Source: Octopus sinensis
Lineage: Eukaryota
NCBI RefSeq assembly: GCF_006345805.1
Contig: NC_043000.1
Span: 99,510,001 to 99,574,000 of the forward strand
Length of the DNA: 64,000 bases
Reading direction: 5' to 3'
Below, piece by piece: positions 38,390 through 52,075 of the stretch. How positions within the stretch are numbered: position 1 is the stretch's first letter; each line of letters begins with the position of its first letter. Position numbers and translations under genes: made by a program. The notes under the pieces were generated by a model. The model saw nothing but the letters and a program-made list of their open reading frames with translations, was not told the DNA's origin and did not search any database.

Positions 38390-39030
38390 GATTAAGCTAG
38401 TATGTTCTGATGGATGTGCAACATCAGTGTGCATGTATAACAGTGTAAATGTGTTGAGTGAAAAACTGGGTAGAAGAGGAATGAGACGTAGGGTGCAAGA
38501 GAGAAGTCATCACTGGGATGCTCATGTGATACATCTGTTTGTTCCTTCTCGAGCCATGCCTGGTTCATAAGGGCTGGTTTCCCAGTTTCCTTGGTGTATA
38601 GGTTTCCCACCTGGACGGGACGCCGGTCCGTCACAGGTGAGCTGCAAGATGCGGGAGGAAAGAGTGAGAGAAAGTTGTGGTGAAAGAGTCAGCAGAAGTT
38701 CGCCATTACCTTCTGCCAGAGTCACGTAGAGCTTAGGTGTTTCGTTCATACACACAGATATCGCCCAGTCTGAGATTCGAACCCTCGATCCCTCAACTGC
38801 GAGTCTGCTGCTCTAACCACTAGGCCATGTGCCTCCACATGTGATACATCTGGATGAGAACAGATACATAAAGAGATGCTGATTGCTTGAAGTGGATGTA
38901 TCTTGTGGAGGATGGAGCCCAAGGAAAATGTGGGATGAAGTAGTGAAGACTGATGTCAAGATGTTGAAGCTCATGGTGGAGAGGACGAAGGCTATAGATT
39001 ACTGGTGTTTTGCAGTGCTCAAGAGACCCA
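38390..39030 (+). mobile_element. Old RTE LINE ORF fragment split by a SINE
   Basis: ASMF*WMCNISVH..EKLG.RG.R..VQER..W.AHV ... PRKMWDEVVKTDVKMLKL. Confidence 0.7.
38538..38837 (-). mobile_element. tRNA-derived SINE (family C-related) with a perfect 15-bp TSD
   Basis: Head tggaggcacatggcctagtggttagagc..gagggttcgaatctc. catgtgatacatctg occurs at 38523 and 38838. A related copy lies at 62220-62520. Confidence 0.9.
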
Positions 39031-39824
39031 TCTCTTAAAGCATTATGTTTATACACAAACTGGGCCCAATCTCTGCACCTGATTTGTTGCTGTCAAGTTC
39101 TCTTCATCTCTTATATATTTGTAACATCCATCTCTCCCCATCACTTTTCTAACATTTTCATCCCTTTTATGCTACTTTGTTACTCCATCTCTCTCTGAAA
39201 CAATTTACTTTAACATCTATTCACTACTCTCAGTATCATGGACAAACAGACATTAAATGATGACCATGATTTCCAAAATGGAGGCTAACACTGTTCTCCA
39301 TGTGATCAGCTTGAAAAATTTTTAAGACACTAGGATATTTTACTACTTTTTTTTAACATGAAACCAATGGTAGCTTTAATTCACAAATAAAGAAATTATA
39401 TTCACCAATGTGGTGTTGAGCACTCATTTTCATCCCTTGACATTTAAGTATATATATATAAATATATATATGTATATATGTATGTATATATATGTATGTT
39501 TGTATGTAAAGTTAAAGTTTATGTGTGCTTTTAGTTTTTAATTAGCTTCAGCTTAAGAGTCAAGTACATACCAGAGCACTACTTCAAGAGTACTTAACTT
39601 TTGGGGAGTAAGGGAGTTTGATGCTACTATCTTCAGTAGTGTTTCTTGCTGTATCATTTGTTCAACAACGAATTTCAGATAAACCACATACCCCTGGATA
39701 TATCTCTGCAAATAATAACTCTCTACTCGAATGGGCTGTGGTGACCAAAGAACTGTTCATACGAAACACCTAAAAATATATTTTCCAGGTGGTGTTTATT
39801 AAGTTAGACTTATCTAAGTAAATC

Positions 39825-40160
39825 TATTTCTTCACTACTCACAAGGGGCTAAACGCAGGACAAACAAGGACAGACAAACGGCTTAAGTTGATTACATCGA
39901 CCCCAGTGCCTAACGGGTACTTAATTTATTGACCCCAAAAGGATGAAAGGCAAAGTTGACCTCGGTGGAATTTCGACTCAGAACGTAATGGCAGACTAAA
40001 TACGGCTACACATTTTGCCTTGCATAACTGGTACTTAATTTATCAACCCCGAAAGGATAAAAGGCAAAGTCGACCTCGGCGGAATTTTGACTCAGAACAT
40101 AATGGCAGACGAAATATAGCTACGCATTTCGCCTGGCGTGCTAACGATTCTGCTAGCTCA
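39825..40160 (-). mobile_element. SINE family B with an internal duplication
   Basis: The gtacttaatttat..ggat.aaaggcaaagt.gacctcgg block occurs twice (39917, 40031). Confidence 0.8.
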
Positions 40161-40411
40161 GTGAGTGTGTGTATGTTTGTATCTTGCCTTGATCTCACAT
40201 GATGTCACTGTCATGCAAGTGTTGTTATGCATTACTGTTATTGCTTGGAAACAGGTTGCGTTTTGGCAACAGAAAGGACATCTATAGAAAATCTGCCTCA
40301 ATAAACTCCGTCCAACTTATTCAAGCAGCAAGTATGGAAAAGCAGATGTTAAAAGGATGGTCAGAATGATGATAATGATATAAGAGAAGCATTGTTTTGG
40401 GATAGTAGCCC

Positions 40412-40750
40412 ATCTTCTTCTTCCTTTATGTCTTTAACCCTCCAACGTGGAGTATTGGCCACTTATAATTTTTGGCTTCTGTAATTTTTGGCTTCTGTAC
40501 TTATACTCTGTCAAGAATGTCGCCCTTTCTCTAGTTCCTTTTGTGTTGATCTCTGCCATGAGTTCTTAGGCCTATCTCTCCTATATCCATCCGGTTCCTA
40601 CTGTAAATCACTTTTCACTGCATTTGGTGTGTCTTTTCTAATTGTGCTACCAATCCACTTCCACTTTTTCTAATATATTTGCTCCCTAATCGAAACTTCA
40701 TTTGTTCTTTGCCATAGCTCCATATTGCTTATGGAGCCCATTATCCTTCA
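40412..40750 (-). mobile_element. RTE LINE 3' fragment with a (GAA)n tail
   Basis: ISNMELWQRTNE..KKWKWIG.TIRK...RPKNSWQRS. Confidence 0.7.
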
Positions 40751-40904
40751 TCAAAAGAAAGAGCTAAACACAAAGGGAGCGAGAAAGAGAAAATAGTCCG
40801 CAAGACGGAGATAAAATACAGGCATATTGTTGAGATAAAAGGGAAGAAATATACACATCAAAGAGTAAAGAAGAGAAGAAAAAGGGATGTGTTGTATACT
40901 TTTA

Positions 40905-41152
40905 GATGCTTTTCGGTAATCAATCCAGGCCATGTTAAAGGTTGTTTTTATTCATTTTAGCTGTCTTCTCTAATCTTGTAGATACACAAAAGTTGTTCTT
41001 TACAAAAATAAATCCCTTTCTCACATTCTCTCTGTTCCTCCGATATTATGTTATTTGCTGAATAACCAGCCTGTTGTAAAGCATAGATTTAAGTATGGAA
41101 GGTAGAGTATGTTGTTGCTAAGCATGTTGTAGGCCAATAGTTTTGAGAATCT
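40905..41152 (-). mobile_element. R4/Dong-like (RLE-class) LINE RT fragment
   Basis: NYWPTTCL (NYRPITCL-like) ... KEQLL ... LNMAWIDYRKA. Confidence 0.65.
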
Positions 41153-41169
41153 CTTTAATAATAATATAG

Positions 41170-41490
41170 TGAAGGCATATGGCTCAGTGGTTAGAGCGTC
41201 GTGTTCACAGTCATGAGGCAGTCAGTTCAATTCCTGGACTAGGTTGTGTGTTGTGTTCTTGAGCAAGACACTCCAGTTTGCTCAAGTGTAAAAATGAGTT
41301 GCAACATCACTGGTGCCAAGCTGCATTGCCCTTTGCCTTTCCCTTGGATAACATTGTTGGTATAGAGAGGGGAAGCTGCTCTGTATGGGCGACTGCTGGT
41401 CTTCCATAAACAACCTTACCTGGACTTGTGTCTCGGAGGAGAACTTTCTAGGTGCAATTTCATAGTCAGTCATGACCAAAAGGGGTGTTT
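41170..41490 (+). mobile_element. SINE family C
   Basis: tggctcagtggttagagcg (A box), agttcaattcc (B box), gtgttgtgttcttgagcaagacact. Other copies at 45620-45870 (+) and 59870-60185 (-). Confidence 0.85.
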
Positions 41491-41509
41491 AATAATAATA
41501 ATGGTAATC

Positions 41510-41948
41510 ATTTCAAATTTTGGCACAAAACCCAGTAATTTTGGGAGAGGGTATAAGTTGATTACATCAATCCCAGTGCTCAAGTGGTACTTATTTCATT
41601 GACCCCAAAAGAATTAAAAACAAAGTCAACCTTGGTAGCATTTGAACTCAGACCGTAAAGATGGACAAAATGCTGCTAAGCATTTTGTCCGGTGAGTTAA
41701 CGATTCTACATTCTCGCAGCCTTAATTATGATAATAATTCTTTCTACTATAGTCACAAGGACTGAAATTTGGGGGGCAAGGGATAGTCAGTTATATCAAC
41801 CCCAGTGCTTGACTGGTACTTAGTTATTGATCCCGAAAGGATGAATGGCAAAGTTGACCTCTGTACACTTTGAACTCAGAATGTAGAGACAGGTGAAATG
41901 CTGCCAAACATTTTGTCCCACATACTAATGACTCTTCCAGCTTGTTGC

Positions 41949-41950
<2 letters not shown>
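41510..41950 (-). mobile_element. Two tandem old SINE family B copies separated by (AAT)n
   Basis: Each has gaccccaaaa/gatcccgaaa..aaagt.ac..tttgaactcaga. Other copies at 47170-47370 (+), 48900-49112, 49980-50160 and 52080-52280. Confidence 0.75.
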
Positions 41951-41981
<31 letters not shown>

Positions 41982-42295
41982 GCAATAACATGGTTTTCTG
42001 CAGCTCAACTCTTTGATAGAGCTGCATTCCTGGACCAAGAAAAGACCAAGCTTAGGTACCTGGTATCTGAGGTGTCAAGCATTCATTGCTCTCTACTTTA
42101 TGGGCAATACTGTTGGTGGAAATTCTATGGTAGCAATATTTAGAAATCTAGTGGTGAGTAAGAGTGATGACATTCTTGGGGAAACTCTAGGCATCGGCCA
42201 GGATGAACAGGCTGGTCTGTTTCAGTGAACTTTTGGGCCTGATACTACTTTGGATGACTTTCAGAAATCCCTGGTGGTGCTTCTGAGGAGAGGGA

Positions 42296-42331
<36 letters not shown>

Positions 42332-43084
42332 CATACATTAGCTTTTCTTTGGGTTGGATGGGACTTTCAGTTTCTTCATAGTTATCAACTGGTTCACACA
42401 CATGCATGCACACACACAAATTTAAACAAAAGCAAAAAAGAAAAGCAGGCTAACTTTTTTGGTATTTTTTCCAATATGATTATGGCTTACGAGGATTTAT
42501 AGTGGATGTGACTGAAAGATTTAAGGACAGGATTCATCAAGTTTATCATGCACCATTTGAAGCAGTAAGTGAGAGTGGAAAGAGATATTCTGTCCTCAAA
42601 CAAATTTGATGAAAGGTTGTAGCAAGTGGCAAGATTAAATTATAGTTTTAATAGAGGTCCAGAGAGGCCACCATTTCAATTCTGCTTGAAGTTTGTAACT
42701 GGAAGAGGGCAACTGCTTTAGAGCACAATGTGGTCATGGGTTTAGGGTCCTTTAACTTAACCTTATAAAAAGGGCAATTCCTAACCCTTATGAGTGCCTG
42801 TGTATTACTTTAATGTAAACTTGTCAAGTATGTTTTCATATTGTATTACATTTTTGCTCCTCCTTCATTTCTTATATAAACATAACTTCATAAGATTTTG
42901 CAACAATTTTGTGTGTGTGTTATGTTGCATGTGTGTATGAGCAGGCACAAAGCCCCCATCACCAAATAAAGAAAAGATTTTGTTGTAAAGTACTGGAGAT
43001 GATGTATTTGACTAGGCTCTTCCCACAATTGAGAGACCTTGTACCAATGATTGAAACCATTGTTATTAGTATGCATATGTATGC

Positions 43085-43121
<37 letters not shown>

Positions 43122-43327
43122 CACACATCCCATGATCCAGTGATGTCATTCATAACCCTATGTATTTTTACATGTGTCTAGGAATGCATTCAAACATGTT
43201 AAATATAACTTTAGATGAACACACACACACACAGACACATATGTTCTTATTGAACAGTGAGAATGAGTGCTCAACACTGCATTGGTGGATGATGTTAAGC
43301 AATGATGATGATGGTCCTCTTTATTTG

Positions 43328-43575
43328 TGAATTAACCAGGCTACAATTGGTTTCATGTTATGAGAGGTATATATTTCTCAGCAATTTTCAAGCCCATTGC
43401 ATGGGACATTGGTGTTCATTTCCATCTTGGATGAAAACATAAGATCACCATGCTGTAATTTTATCATGTTCTCATCCATGATTGCAACAACACCAACATC
43501 TCATGCAATAAGCTTGAAAATTGTTAAGGGATATACCTCTCTTAACATGGAACCAATAATAACTTGATTAGCACT
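43328..43575. repeat. ~250-bp imperfect palindrome (foldback/MITE-like)
   Basis: attggtttcatgttatgagaggtata..caattttcaagcccattgcatgggacattggtgtt pairs with aacaccaacatctcatgcaataagcttgaaaattg..tatacctctcttaacatggaaccaat. Confidence 0.8.
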
Positions 43576-43601
43576 CAAATAAAAAAATGTGTGTGTATAT
43601 A

Positions 43602-43772
43602 GGCGCAGGAGTGGCTGTGTGGTAAGTAGCTTGCTAACCAACCACATGGTTGCGGGTTCAGTCCCACTGCGTGGCATCTTGGGCATGTGTGTTCTGCTAT
43701 AGCCCCGGGCCGACCAATGCCTTGTGAGTGGATTTGGTAGACGGAAACTGAAAGAAGCCTGTCGTATATATG

Positions 43773-43804
<32 letters not shown>

Positions 43805-43986
43805 ATTGTGTGTCTGTGTTTGTCCCCTAGCATTGCTTGACAACCACCCGTCACTTAGCGGTTTGGCAAAAGAGACCGATAGAATAAGTACTGGGCTTAC
43901 AAAGAATAAGTCCCGGGGTCGATTTGCTTGACTAAAGGCGGTGCTCCAGCATGGCCGCAGTCAAATGACTGAAACAAGTAAAAGAG
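43602..43986 (+). mobile_element. SINE family A, young copy
   Basis: ggcgcaggagtggctgtgtggtaagtagc ... ggcggtgctccagcatggccgcagtcaaatgactgaaacaagtaaaagag. Confidence 0.92.
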
Positions 43987-44012
43987 TATATATATATATA
44001 TATATGTGTGTG

Positions 44013-44074
<62 letters not shown>

Positions 44075-44394
44075 GAAACAAACTTTGTAACCACACAGCC
44101 ATACTGGAATCTTCATCTATCTTTTATTTTATCGCCCACCATTATTTTTGTCACCTCTACTATTGTCAATCACTCTGTTACTCCTCACCTTTTTACATTT
44201 TTATCTCATCATCCATCTCTACCTTTGTTCATCTTTACTATTGCAAATCACTCCCCTGCCTACCTTGCCTTCATCCAGATAGTTCTGCCTTTTTTTCATT
44301 AACTCTTTAGCATCCAGTCAAATGTAATGCTTATTTATTGACATTGTTTTGTATTAATCCTGCATTATCTCATAGCTTTGAGATTTCAATGATG

Positions 44395-44765
44395 TCATCA
44401 TCGTCATCATCATTGCTTAATGTCCACTTTCCATGCTAGCATGGGTTGGATGATTTGACTGAGGACTGGTGAACCAGATGGCTGCACCAGGCTCCAATCT
44501 TAATCTGGCAGAGTTTTTACACCTGGATGCCCTTCCTAACACCAACCCAAGAGTGCAGTGGGTGCTTTTACGTGCCACCGGCACAGGGGCCAGTCAGGTG
44601 GTACTGGCAACGTCCTCACTTGAATGTTTTTTTCACGTGCCACTGGCACAAGCACCAGTAAGGCGACGCTGGTAACGATCATGCTCAAATGGTGCCTTTT
44701 ACATGCCACCAGCACGAAAGCCAGTTAGCTGCTCTGTCAACGATCACGCTCAGATGGTGCTCTTT
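44395..44765 (-). mobile_element. RTE 3' UTR fragment nested in an older piggyBac-type MITE (44299-44856)
   Basis: The flanks tgcattatctcatagctttgagattt and ggtgagagaggctagatttggc..tagaatatt..tggatatggcc are the reverse complement of 45214-45433. Confidence 0.75.
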
Positions 44766-45213
44766 GCACCAAATTACTTTGTTGATTAGGTGAGAGAGGC
44801 TAGATTTGGCTGCTTTGAGCATAAAATAAGTAGAATATTTAGACTGGATATGGCCACTCATCCTTACCTTTCTCCATTTCTGTTATTACCATCACTCCCA
44901 CATATTTCTGCTGCTTCTTATATTCTTCTTCCTTTCATCCTCTCACCCACTCTGGTCTTTCTGATATTGTTGCATTCTCTCTCCTTTGAACTACACATTT
45001 CTAGCTTTTCTTTCATTATTCTTTCCTCTACTGCTCCCACTATAAATTGATTGGCTGTGTATGAGCAGAAAAGGTGTAGGGTTATGAGGGTTCTCTAGTC
45101 CTGACTCATGGAGGACTTTGAATCTCTCTAGCATTGGGGGTCACAAAATAATTTACCCAGTACATTCTGTAAAGTGACTGGTATTTGGTAGGGCATCCAG
45201 CTGTGCAGATTAA

Positions 45214-45433
45214 CCCTTTAGCATTTAAACCGGCCATATCCGGCCAAAAGTATTCTACCTGTTTTATGTTCAAACTGGCCAGATCTGGTCTCTCACACCA
45301 ACCCTACAATATCATCTTAAAAATTAACAGCTACCTCATCAAAATCTCATAGCTACAAGATAATGCAGATTAGTTCAAAACAATGTGGATAAAAAAGGAT
45401 TAATTTTGGTAGAATAATGTGAACACTAAAGGG
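45214..45433. mobile_element. piggyBac-type MITE with TTAA TSD
   Basis: ttaa|ccctttagcattta ... tgaacactaaaggg|ttaa. Confidence 0.9.
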
Positions 45434-45948
45434 TTAAGCACAGATGATATGCAAGAACACTGTATAAACAGTTGCTCTGAAAGGGAAATGACCTGGACTG
45501 TGACAACCTGTGCAACCCATGTCAGAAGGGAAAACATGTAAAATAGTAAGGATAATGATGATGAGGAAACACTTATGCATGCACTATGTTTGTTTATTCA
45601 GTTTTATATAGGTATGATGATATGACTTAGTAGTTAAAGTATTGGACTCATGATTGTAAGATTGTGGTTTCGATTCCTGGAACAGGCAACGTGTTGTGTT
45701 CTTGAGCAAAACTCTTCATTCCATGTTGCTCCAGTTCACTCAGCTGGAAAAAATTAGTAATCTTGTGACAGACCGGTGTCCTGTCCAGGTGGGGAATACA
45801 TACACCACAAAACTGGGAAACTGGCCCTTGTGAGTCAGTATAATTTGAGATGGTAACTTCATCTTTTACCTTATAGGTATGATGGTAATAACTCTGCAAA
45901 ATGTTTTTTTTCTATACATGTGTGTGTGCATATATAAATGAATAAATG

Positions 45949-45979
<31 letters not shown>

Positions 45980-47559
45980 GCACATACACATATATGTGTA
46001 AAGAAACGCAAATGTTACTATACAATAGAGAGAAATTTGTATTTTGATGTATGTATATGTTGAAAGAAAACACACACCAACAACAGCAGATAGAAAATTA
46101 TAAATTTTTATGTTAAATAAACTCTTACAATAATAAATCTCTGAACGAGGTATACATACTTCACATAAATTCATACACCTTTTTATTTAATTATTCAATT
46201 ATTATTTCTTGGAAATTAATATCTTTAGGAATCATTTGAAATAAAATAATTTGATGGGAATTTATTTGTCTATTTATTGTTACTTATTTTTTTCTTTTTT
46301 AGTAAATCGCTTTCTATCATAATGTTCTTCTATAAGCAACACATCACGTGTCTTAGAGTAGGTAAAAAAAAATATATATGTAACAGAGAGAGGAAAGTCT
46401 ATGTGCTGCTTGCAAATGTGAAAAGACTTTATTGTTTAGAATATTCAATATTCAGGATAGATTGAAAGAGCACAAGGAATGTACCGGAATGGTTATTGTC
46501 ATCTGGTATTCTGGTTCTTGTGTGTATGTGTATAATGTGTGTGAATATATGTGGGTGTGTGGGTATGCAAATGTGTATGCTATTCTATATATGTGTATAT
46601 ACTACTTTTTGTCAACTATTAGAGAGTAGAAGCAACATTAGTAAACTACTGCTACTACTACTACAAGAAGTAGCAACAGAGATGTGATATGAGGGTAATA
46701 GAGTCATTATGTGAGCAATTGTTGCAAAAACAAATAAATATGAGATCAATTTTGTGAAATTAATTATTTAAGGTGTTTTTGTGGTAAAGTTTGACATAGA
46801 AATGGAAGCATGGCTGTGTGTTGCTGTGAAGTTCACTTAGCAGCCATGTGCTTTTGGGTTCTGTCCCACTAGGTGGTACCTTGGGCTGATCCATGTTTTG
46901 TGAGTGAAAGTTAGTAGATAGAAAGTGTATGAAAGTCTCAAATATCAGTATCTTCATCATCATTGTTTATATTTATTTTCTATGTTGGCATGGGTTGCAC
47001 AGATCAACCTGGTTGGAGTTAATTCATATTTAATGGATTAACTTTAGCTGACCCTGGCTGCTCCCACTTTTCTTACATTATGGATCTTAATTTAACCAAC
47101 TCGCATGGTTTTGTGCTGGCACTAGAAGTTATTACCATTATGATAATTATTAATTGAAGAGGGGTCTTCCAGGAGAATCATTAATGCATTTGACAAAATG
47201 CTTAATAGTATTTCTTCAAGCTTTATGTTCTGAGTTCAAATTCTGCCTATATCGACTGTCTTGTATCCTTTAATAAAATAAGTACCATTTAAGCACTGGG
47301 GTCAATGTAATCGACTAGCCCCCTCCCCCCAAAATGTCAGGCCTTGTGCCTATAGTAGAAAGAGTTATTACTATTACTAGAGCATGCCAATGGTAAAAAT
47401 TTATGTGTTCAATGAAATGAAATGTCATATGTATTGAGCAGTTGTGGTGTGTGTGTAAATGGAAGTAGAGAAAATGTTCAAGTGAGATTTGGAAATGTGT
47501 ATTGAGCTTTCAACATTTTAAAGCTTGTTGATTAAATGCGAAAACTGTCTTTATATGTA

Positions 47560-47958
47560 TTAAGCTTCAAACATTTTCAATTAAGTGTTCAGAAAAACAC
47601 ATGCTGAGCATTAGATATTCAGAAATTGTGAGCAACAAAGATCTTTGGGCCATGATCAAACAGGAGCCCATTGGTCAACAAATAGCGAAATGTAAGTAAA
47701 GATGGGTAGGCCTTACATTAAGAAGAGAAGACCAAAATTATGTTTGGTAAGACCAGACTTTAGGATTGGAACCTAGTAGGGAAAAGGAAGGTAGAAAACC
47801 CCAAAGATCATCAAGCAGAGATCAACAGTACAAGAACTGATGATGACATGGGGCCAAATGAAGGCAGAAAAAAAAATCCCCTAAATAAACCACATTGGAA
47901 GACTGTGAAGAGTTCTGTGTTTCACTAGGATTCTGTTCAAACCTTGATGATGATGATG
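47560..47958 (+). mobile_element. Old RTE LINE 3' fragment
   Basis: LSIRYSEIVSNKDLW..KQEPI.QQI...RWVG.TLRR..DWN..GKRK, ending in (GAT)n. Confidence 0.7.
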
Positions 47959-48605
47959 TACCTGTTAAACTAGGGTTGATCTAATGAACTGTATGTATAT
48001 CCTCTAAATTTGAAGTCTTTTTGGCTCTGCTAGAAATCAGTAACTGGAGAGTAGTGACTTGAAGAATTGGACAAGATGTAATATCTTCACAGTAGCCGGT
48101 TACATTCCAATCTTTGTTCTTTTTATTAAAAAATCCCACCAATGTTGGTATTTTGCCTTTCATATTTCCAGTGATGGTGGGGGACAAAGCAATGCAAGGC
48201 AGGACAGAGAATAGAAAGAGCTTAAAGTACCAGTTGTATATTGTGGGTAGTTCAGGCAGTTACCTCATTTCTAGCATTCCACGTTCTCCAAAAATTTAGA
48301 TAAATTATGGAAAGAAAAGAATTTGTAGTCTCGTGCCAATGTCATCATCACCACTACTATCACCATCATTATTGTTGTTGTTGTTATTATTATTATTAGT
48401 ATTATTAGCAACATCATCATCAATGTCATGTTTATTTCATAGTGATGAAATTCTGTGATCTATTTATAGAAATCTAAAACTTTTTGAAACTTTGCTCATG
48501 ACACAGTTCCCATGCCAACCAAAGAAATAGTTTTTTTTTTCTTTTTCTCTTTTTCTTTAAATCTTGTTAACAAGTAATATTTTGTTTGTTTTATTCTCTG
48601 TTTGT

Positions 48606-48639
<34 letters not shown>

Positions 48640-49171
48640 ATATATATGCATGCACCCACACATATATTTCACAAGGGTGTGTTATATTCTGTTTCTCTTT
48701 TTGTTTTGTTTCAAATTGAATTTATATATTTATTATTTTATTCAATTTGCTGTAGATGATGGTGGCTGGTTGTGGGGTGGAGTGGGGAGTGTTATTTTCC
48801 GTTTGTTTTCTGGGTTTCTTTTTTGTAATCCTTCATGAACTTAAGCATGTGATCGAAATCCTCTCATTAGAATCTTATGAAATATATGATGATGATGATC
48901 GTTTCTACTATAGGCAAAGACTTGGAACTCATGGGTAGGAGGATAGTTGATCATATCGACCCCAGTTCTTGATTGGTACTTAATTTATCGACCCCAAAAG
49001 GATGAAATGCAAAGTCGATTTCAGCAGGATTTGAACTCAGAACATAGTGACAGATGAAATACCACTAAGAATTTTGTCCAGCATGCTAAAGATTCTCCCA
49101 CCTTGCAGCCTTGAATAGTAATAATAATAATAATGATAGTAGTAGTAGTAATGATGATGACGATGATGACA

Positions 49172-49942
49172 ACATAATGGAAACTAATATGCACAAATCA
49201 AATTTTGCAACATCACTACATCACATATAAAAAAATGACATCGCTTAATTGGCAGCCAATTTCAGCTTGCACACCTGTGCTCTTTCCAAAACTTGCACCA
49301 TAACCCCCTCAAGAGTTTCAGACCCCACTTCTCTGAATTCCCTTTTGATGTTCTCCTTCAGTTGCACCAGGGTCTCCTGTTTGTTGACATAAACCCTCTC
49401 TTTCAGTCATCCCTGCAAGAAAAAAATCCAGTCGAGTCAAGTCTGGGGAACGTGTAGGCCAGTTGATATTGCCGTGGCAGAGGATTATTCTCTCTCCAAA
49501 GCACTGCCATTGCAACTGCATTGATTCTCTTGCAGTATGAGCAGTTGCCCCATCTTGCTGGAACCATGTGTGAGGTCTACTTTGAATGGCCGGGTGCAAA
49601 AAGGTCTCAATCATGGATACCTGAAAGAGAGGATTTACGTAAAAAAACTGAAGACCCTGCTGCAACTGAAGGGGAACATCAATAAAGAAATCAGAGAAGT
49701 TGGGTATGAAACTCTTGAGGGTGTTAAGATGCAAGTTTTGGAAAGTGCGCGGGCATGTGAAGCTGAAAATGGCTGCCATTTAAGCAATGTCATTTTTGAT
49801 ATATGATGTGTTGCAAAATTTGACTTGTGCATATTAATTTCCATTATGTCCCTTATATTGTATCAAAATTTCATGCATTTATTTGTACAGTTAAGAAAGT
49901 TATTAAATTTTGAAACCCATCGTTGACTTTTGGGACGCCCTG
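49172..49942. mobile_element. DD41D (rosa/Visitor-type) transposase relic: two 3' ends in inverted orientation
   Basis: Minus strand WFQQD-x41-D (WPTRSPDLTRLDFFL). Plus strand GYLKERIY..ACEAENGCHL. Right TIR gacttttgggacgccctg|ta. Confidence 0.85.
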
Positions 49943-50560
49943 TATATGTGTGTGTGTGTAAATATTTCTTACTTTTTTTTTTATTTCTTTATTGCCCACA
50001 AGGGGCTAAACATAGAGGGGACAAACAAGGACAGACAAAGGGATTAAGTTGCTGACATCGACTCCAGTGCATAACTGGTACTTTATTTATCGACCCCAAA
50101 AGAATGAAATGCAAAGTCGACCTCAGCGGAATTTGAACTCAGAACGTAATAGCAGACGAAATGTGTGTGTAAATATATATACACATATATAGAAACCATG
50201 CCAATGTGGAAAATGGACATTAAAGGATGGTGATGATGATATACATATATGTAGATACTCTCACACACACACACACATATATATATATGTATATGGTTGT
50301 GTGATTAAGCAGTTTGTTCCACAACCATGTGGTTTCATGTTTGTTCGCAGTATGTAGTAATTTAGGCAGGTGTCTCCTACAGTTGCCTCAAGAGACTGTT
50401 TAAAAAGTGTTTTTGGTGGCTTGTACTAGCAAGAGTTGTAACTGGCACTGTAGAGAACTATTTCTAGTTGTAAATCACAGTTGTTAATGAACTAAGCTAA
50501 ATCTTTATAAGCTCTCAAAGCTGTTGATACTATCTTTTTCATCTCATTCCAACCTCTCAG

Positions 50561-50595
<35 letters not shown>

Positions 50596-51544
50596 GACCA
50601 CCCCTCTAAAAAAATTAAAAAGCACAGAGTGCCATCTGACTGATTTGTAAACTTGTAGTTGCAAACACACAGACACACGTATTTCTTTAATCTGTTTCTT
50701 CTACTTGCAGTTATTGCTTCTCTTGAACTATCAAATCGTGTTCTTCCTTCCATCCCCCCATTCATTTTACTGCTCTTGTGTTCTTGTCATCTTTAGTGTG
50801 GTATGTGGTGTATCTATCTTGCTTCTCACTACAAAACTTGCACTGAACATTTCCCTGCTAGACATGCCCAGAGCTGCAAACAACCACCTTGATCTCCGTC
50901 ACTACTCATATTTTGTTTACCTACAAGCAATCAACAGATAGAAATTCCAACTGAATTATAGGTGAAAGCATGACTGAATGGTTATAAAAATCGGCCTCAA
51001 TACCATGATCTTTTGGGTTCAATCTCATTGCATAGCATATTATGTAAGAGTTTTCCATTGAGAAATGGAAACCAGTATAATGTCCCTTCTTTTTTTTTTT
51101 TAATATTTTATACTGAAACAATGCTACAAGAATTTGTAGGGCCATACTTATCATTTATTGAACCCTTCCCAGTATATTACTAGAGATAGCGTTAATGATT
51201 CCAGAGGATCAAATATAGAGATGACCACAGTAGGATGAACAGGTATGGAAATAAATACTAAGAGATATTTTGCTTTGGACATTACTGCCTCTGAATCATT
51301 CTTGTATATTAAAAAACACATTAAAATATGTGTGTGTTTATATAACAAATACGCTCGAACATATTGTGTATTTTGATAGTTTTTGTTTACTAGGTAACCA
51401 TGGTGTTTTCTACCTCCATTTATAGAGAGACGTTATGTGCCATTGGCCATTTGATTCAGATGAGTCACCAATACAACTAAGCACTTTATAGATGCAAAAC
51501 CCAATGGTCTCTCTGCCCAGCCATAAAAACCAACTTTGAATAAT

Positions 51545-52029
51545 TATGTATGTATATATGTATGCATGTATGTAAGTGTGTACATATATATGTATGTGTA
51601 TGTATATATATATATGTATGTGTATATATGTATATATTTGTATATATACATATATATGTATGCATGTATGTGAATATGTATGTATGTGAATATATATATT
51701 TATATATATATGTATATATTTGTATATATACATATATATGCATGTATGTGAATATGTATGTGAATATATATATTTATATATATATATATATATATAAACA
51801 TATATATATATATATACACGTATATGTGTATATATATATGCATATACATATATAAGTGTATATATATAGCTATATGTATGTATATATATATGTATATATA
51901 TATATGTGTGTGTAATATGTGTATGTATCTATACATGTATGTTTGTGTGTATGTATATGTGTGTATGTATATGTATGTGTGTATGAATGTGTATATGTGT
52001 ATGTATGTATATGTGTGTGTATATGTATG

Positions 52030-52072
<43 letters not shown>

Positions 52073-52075
52073 ATA
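51545..52075. repeat. (TA)n/(TG)n/(TATG)n microsatellite field
   Basis: Read directly from the sequence. Confidence 0.95.

Noticed and set aside
38760-38837. tRNA gene-like sequence with good A and B boxes
   Set aside because: It is the head of a SINE bounded by a 15-bp TSD, with no complete acceptor stem.
50705-50941. ORF after a good splice acceptor (cttctacttgcag)
   Set aside because: No recognisable protein, low-complexity composition and no clear donor.
51420-51530. Faint piggyBac-transposase-like words (YVP..SDES)
   Set aside because: Too short and frameshifted to support.
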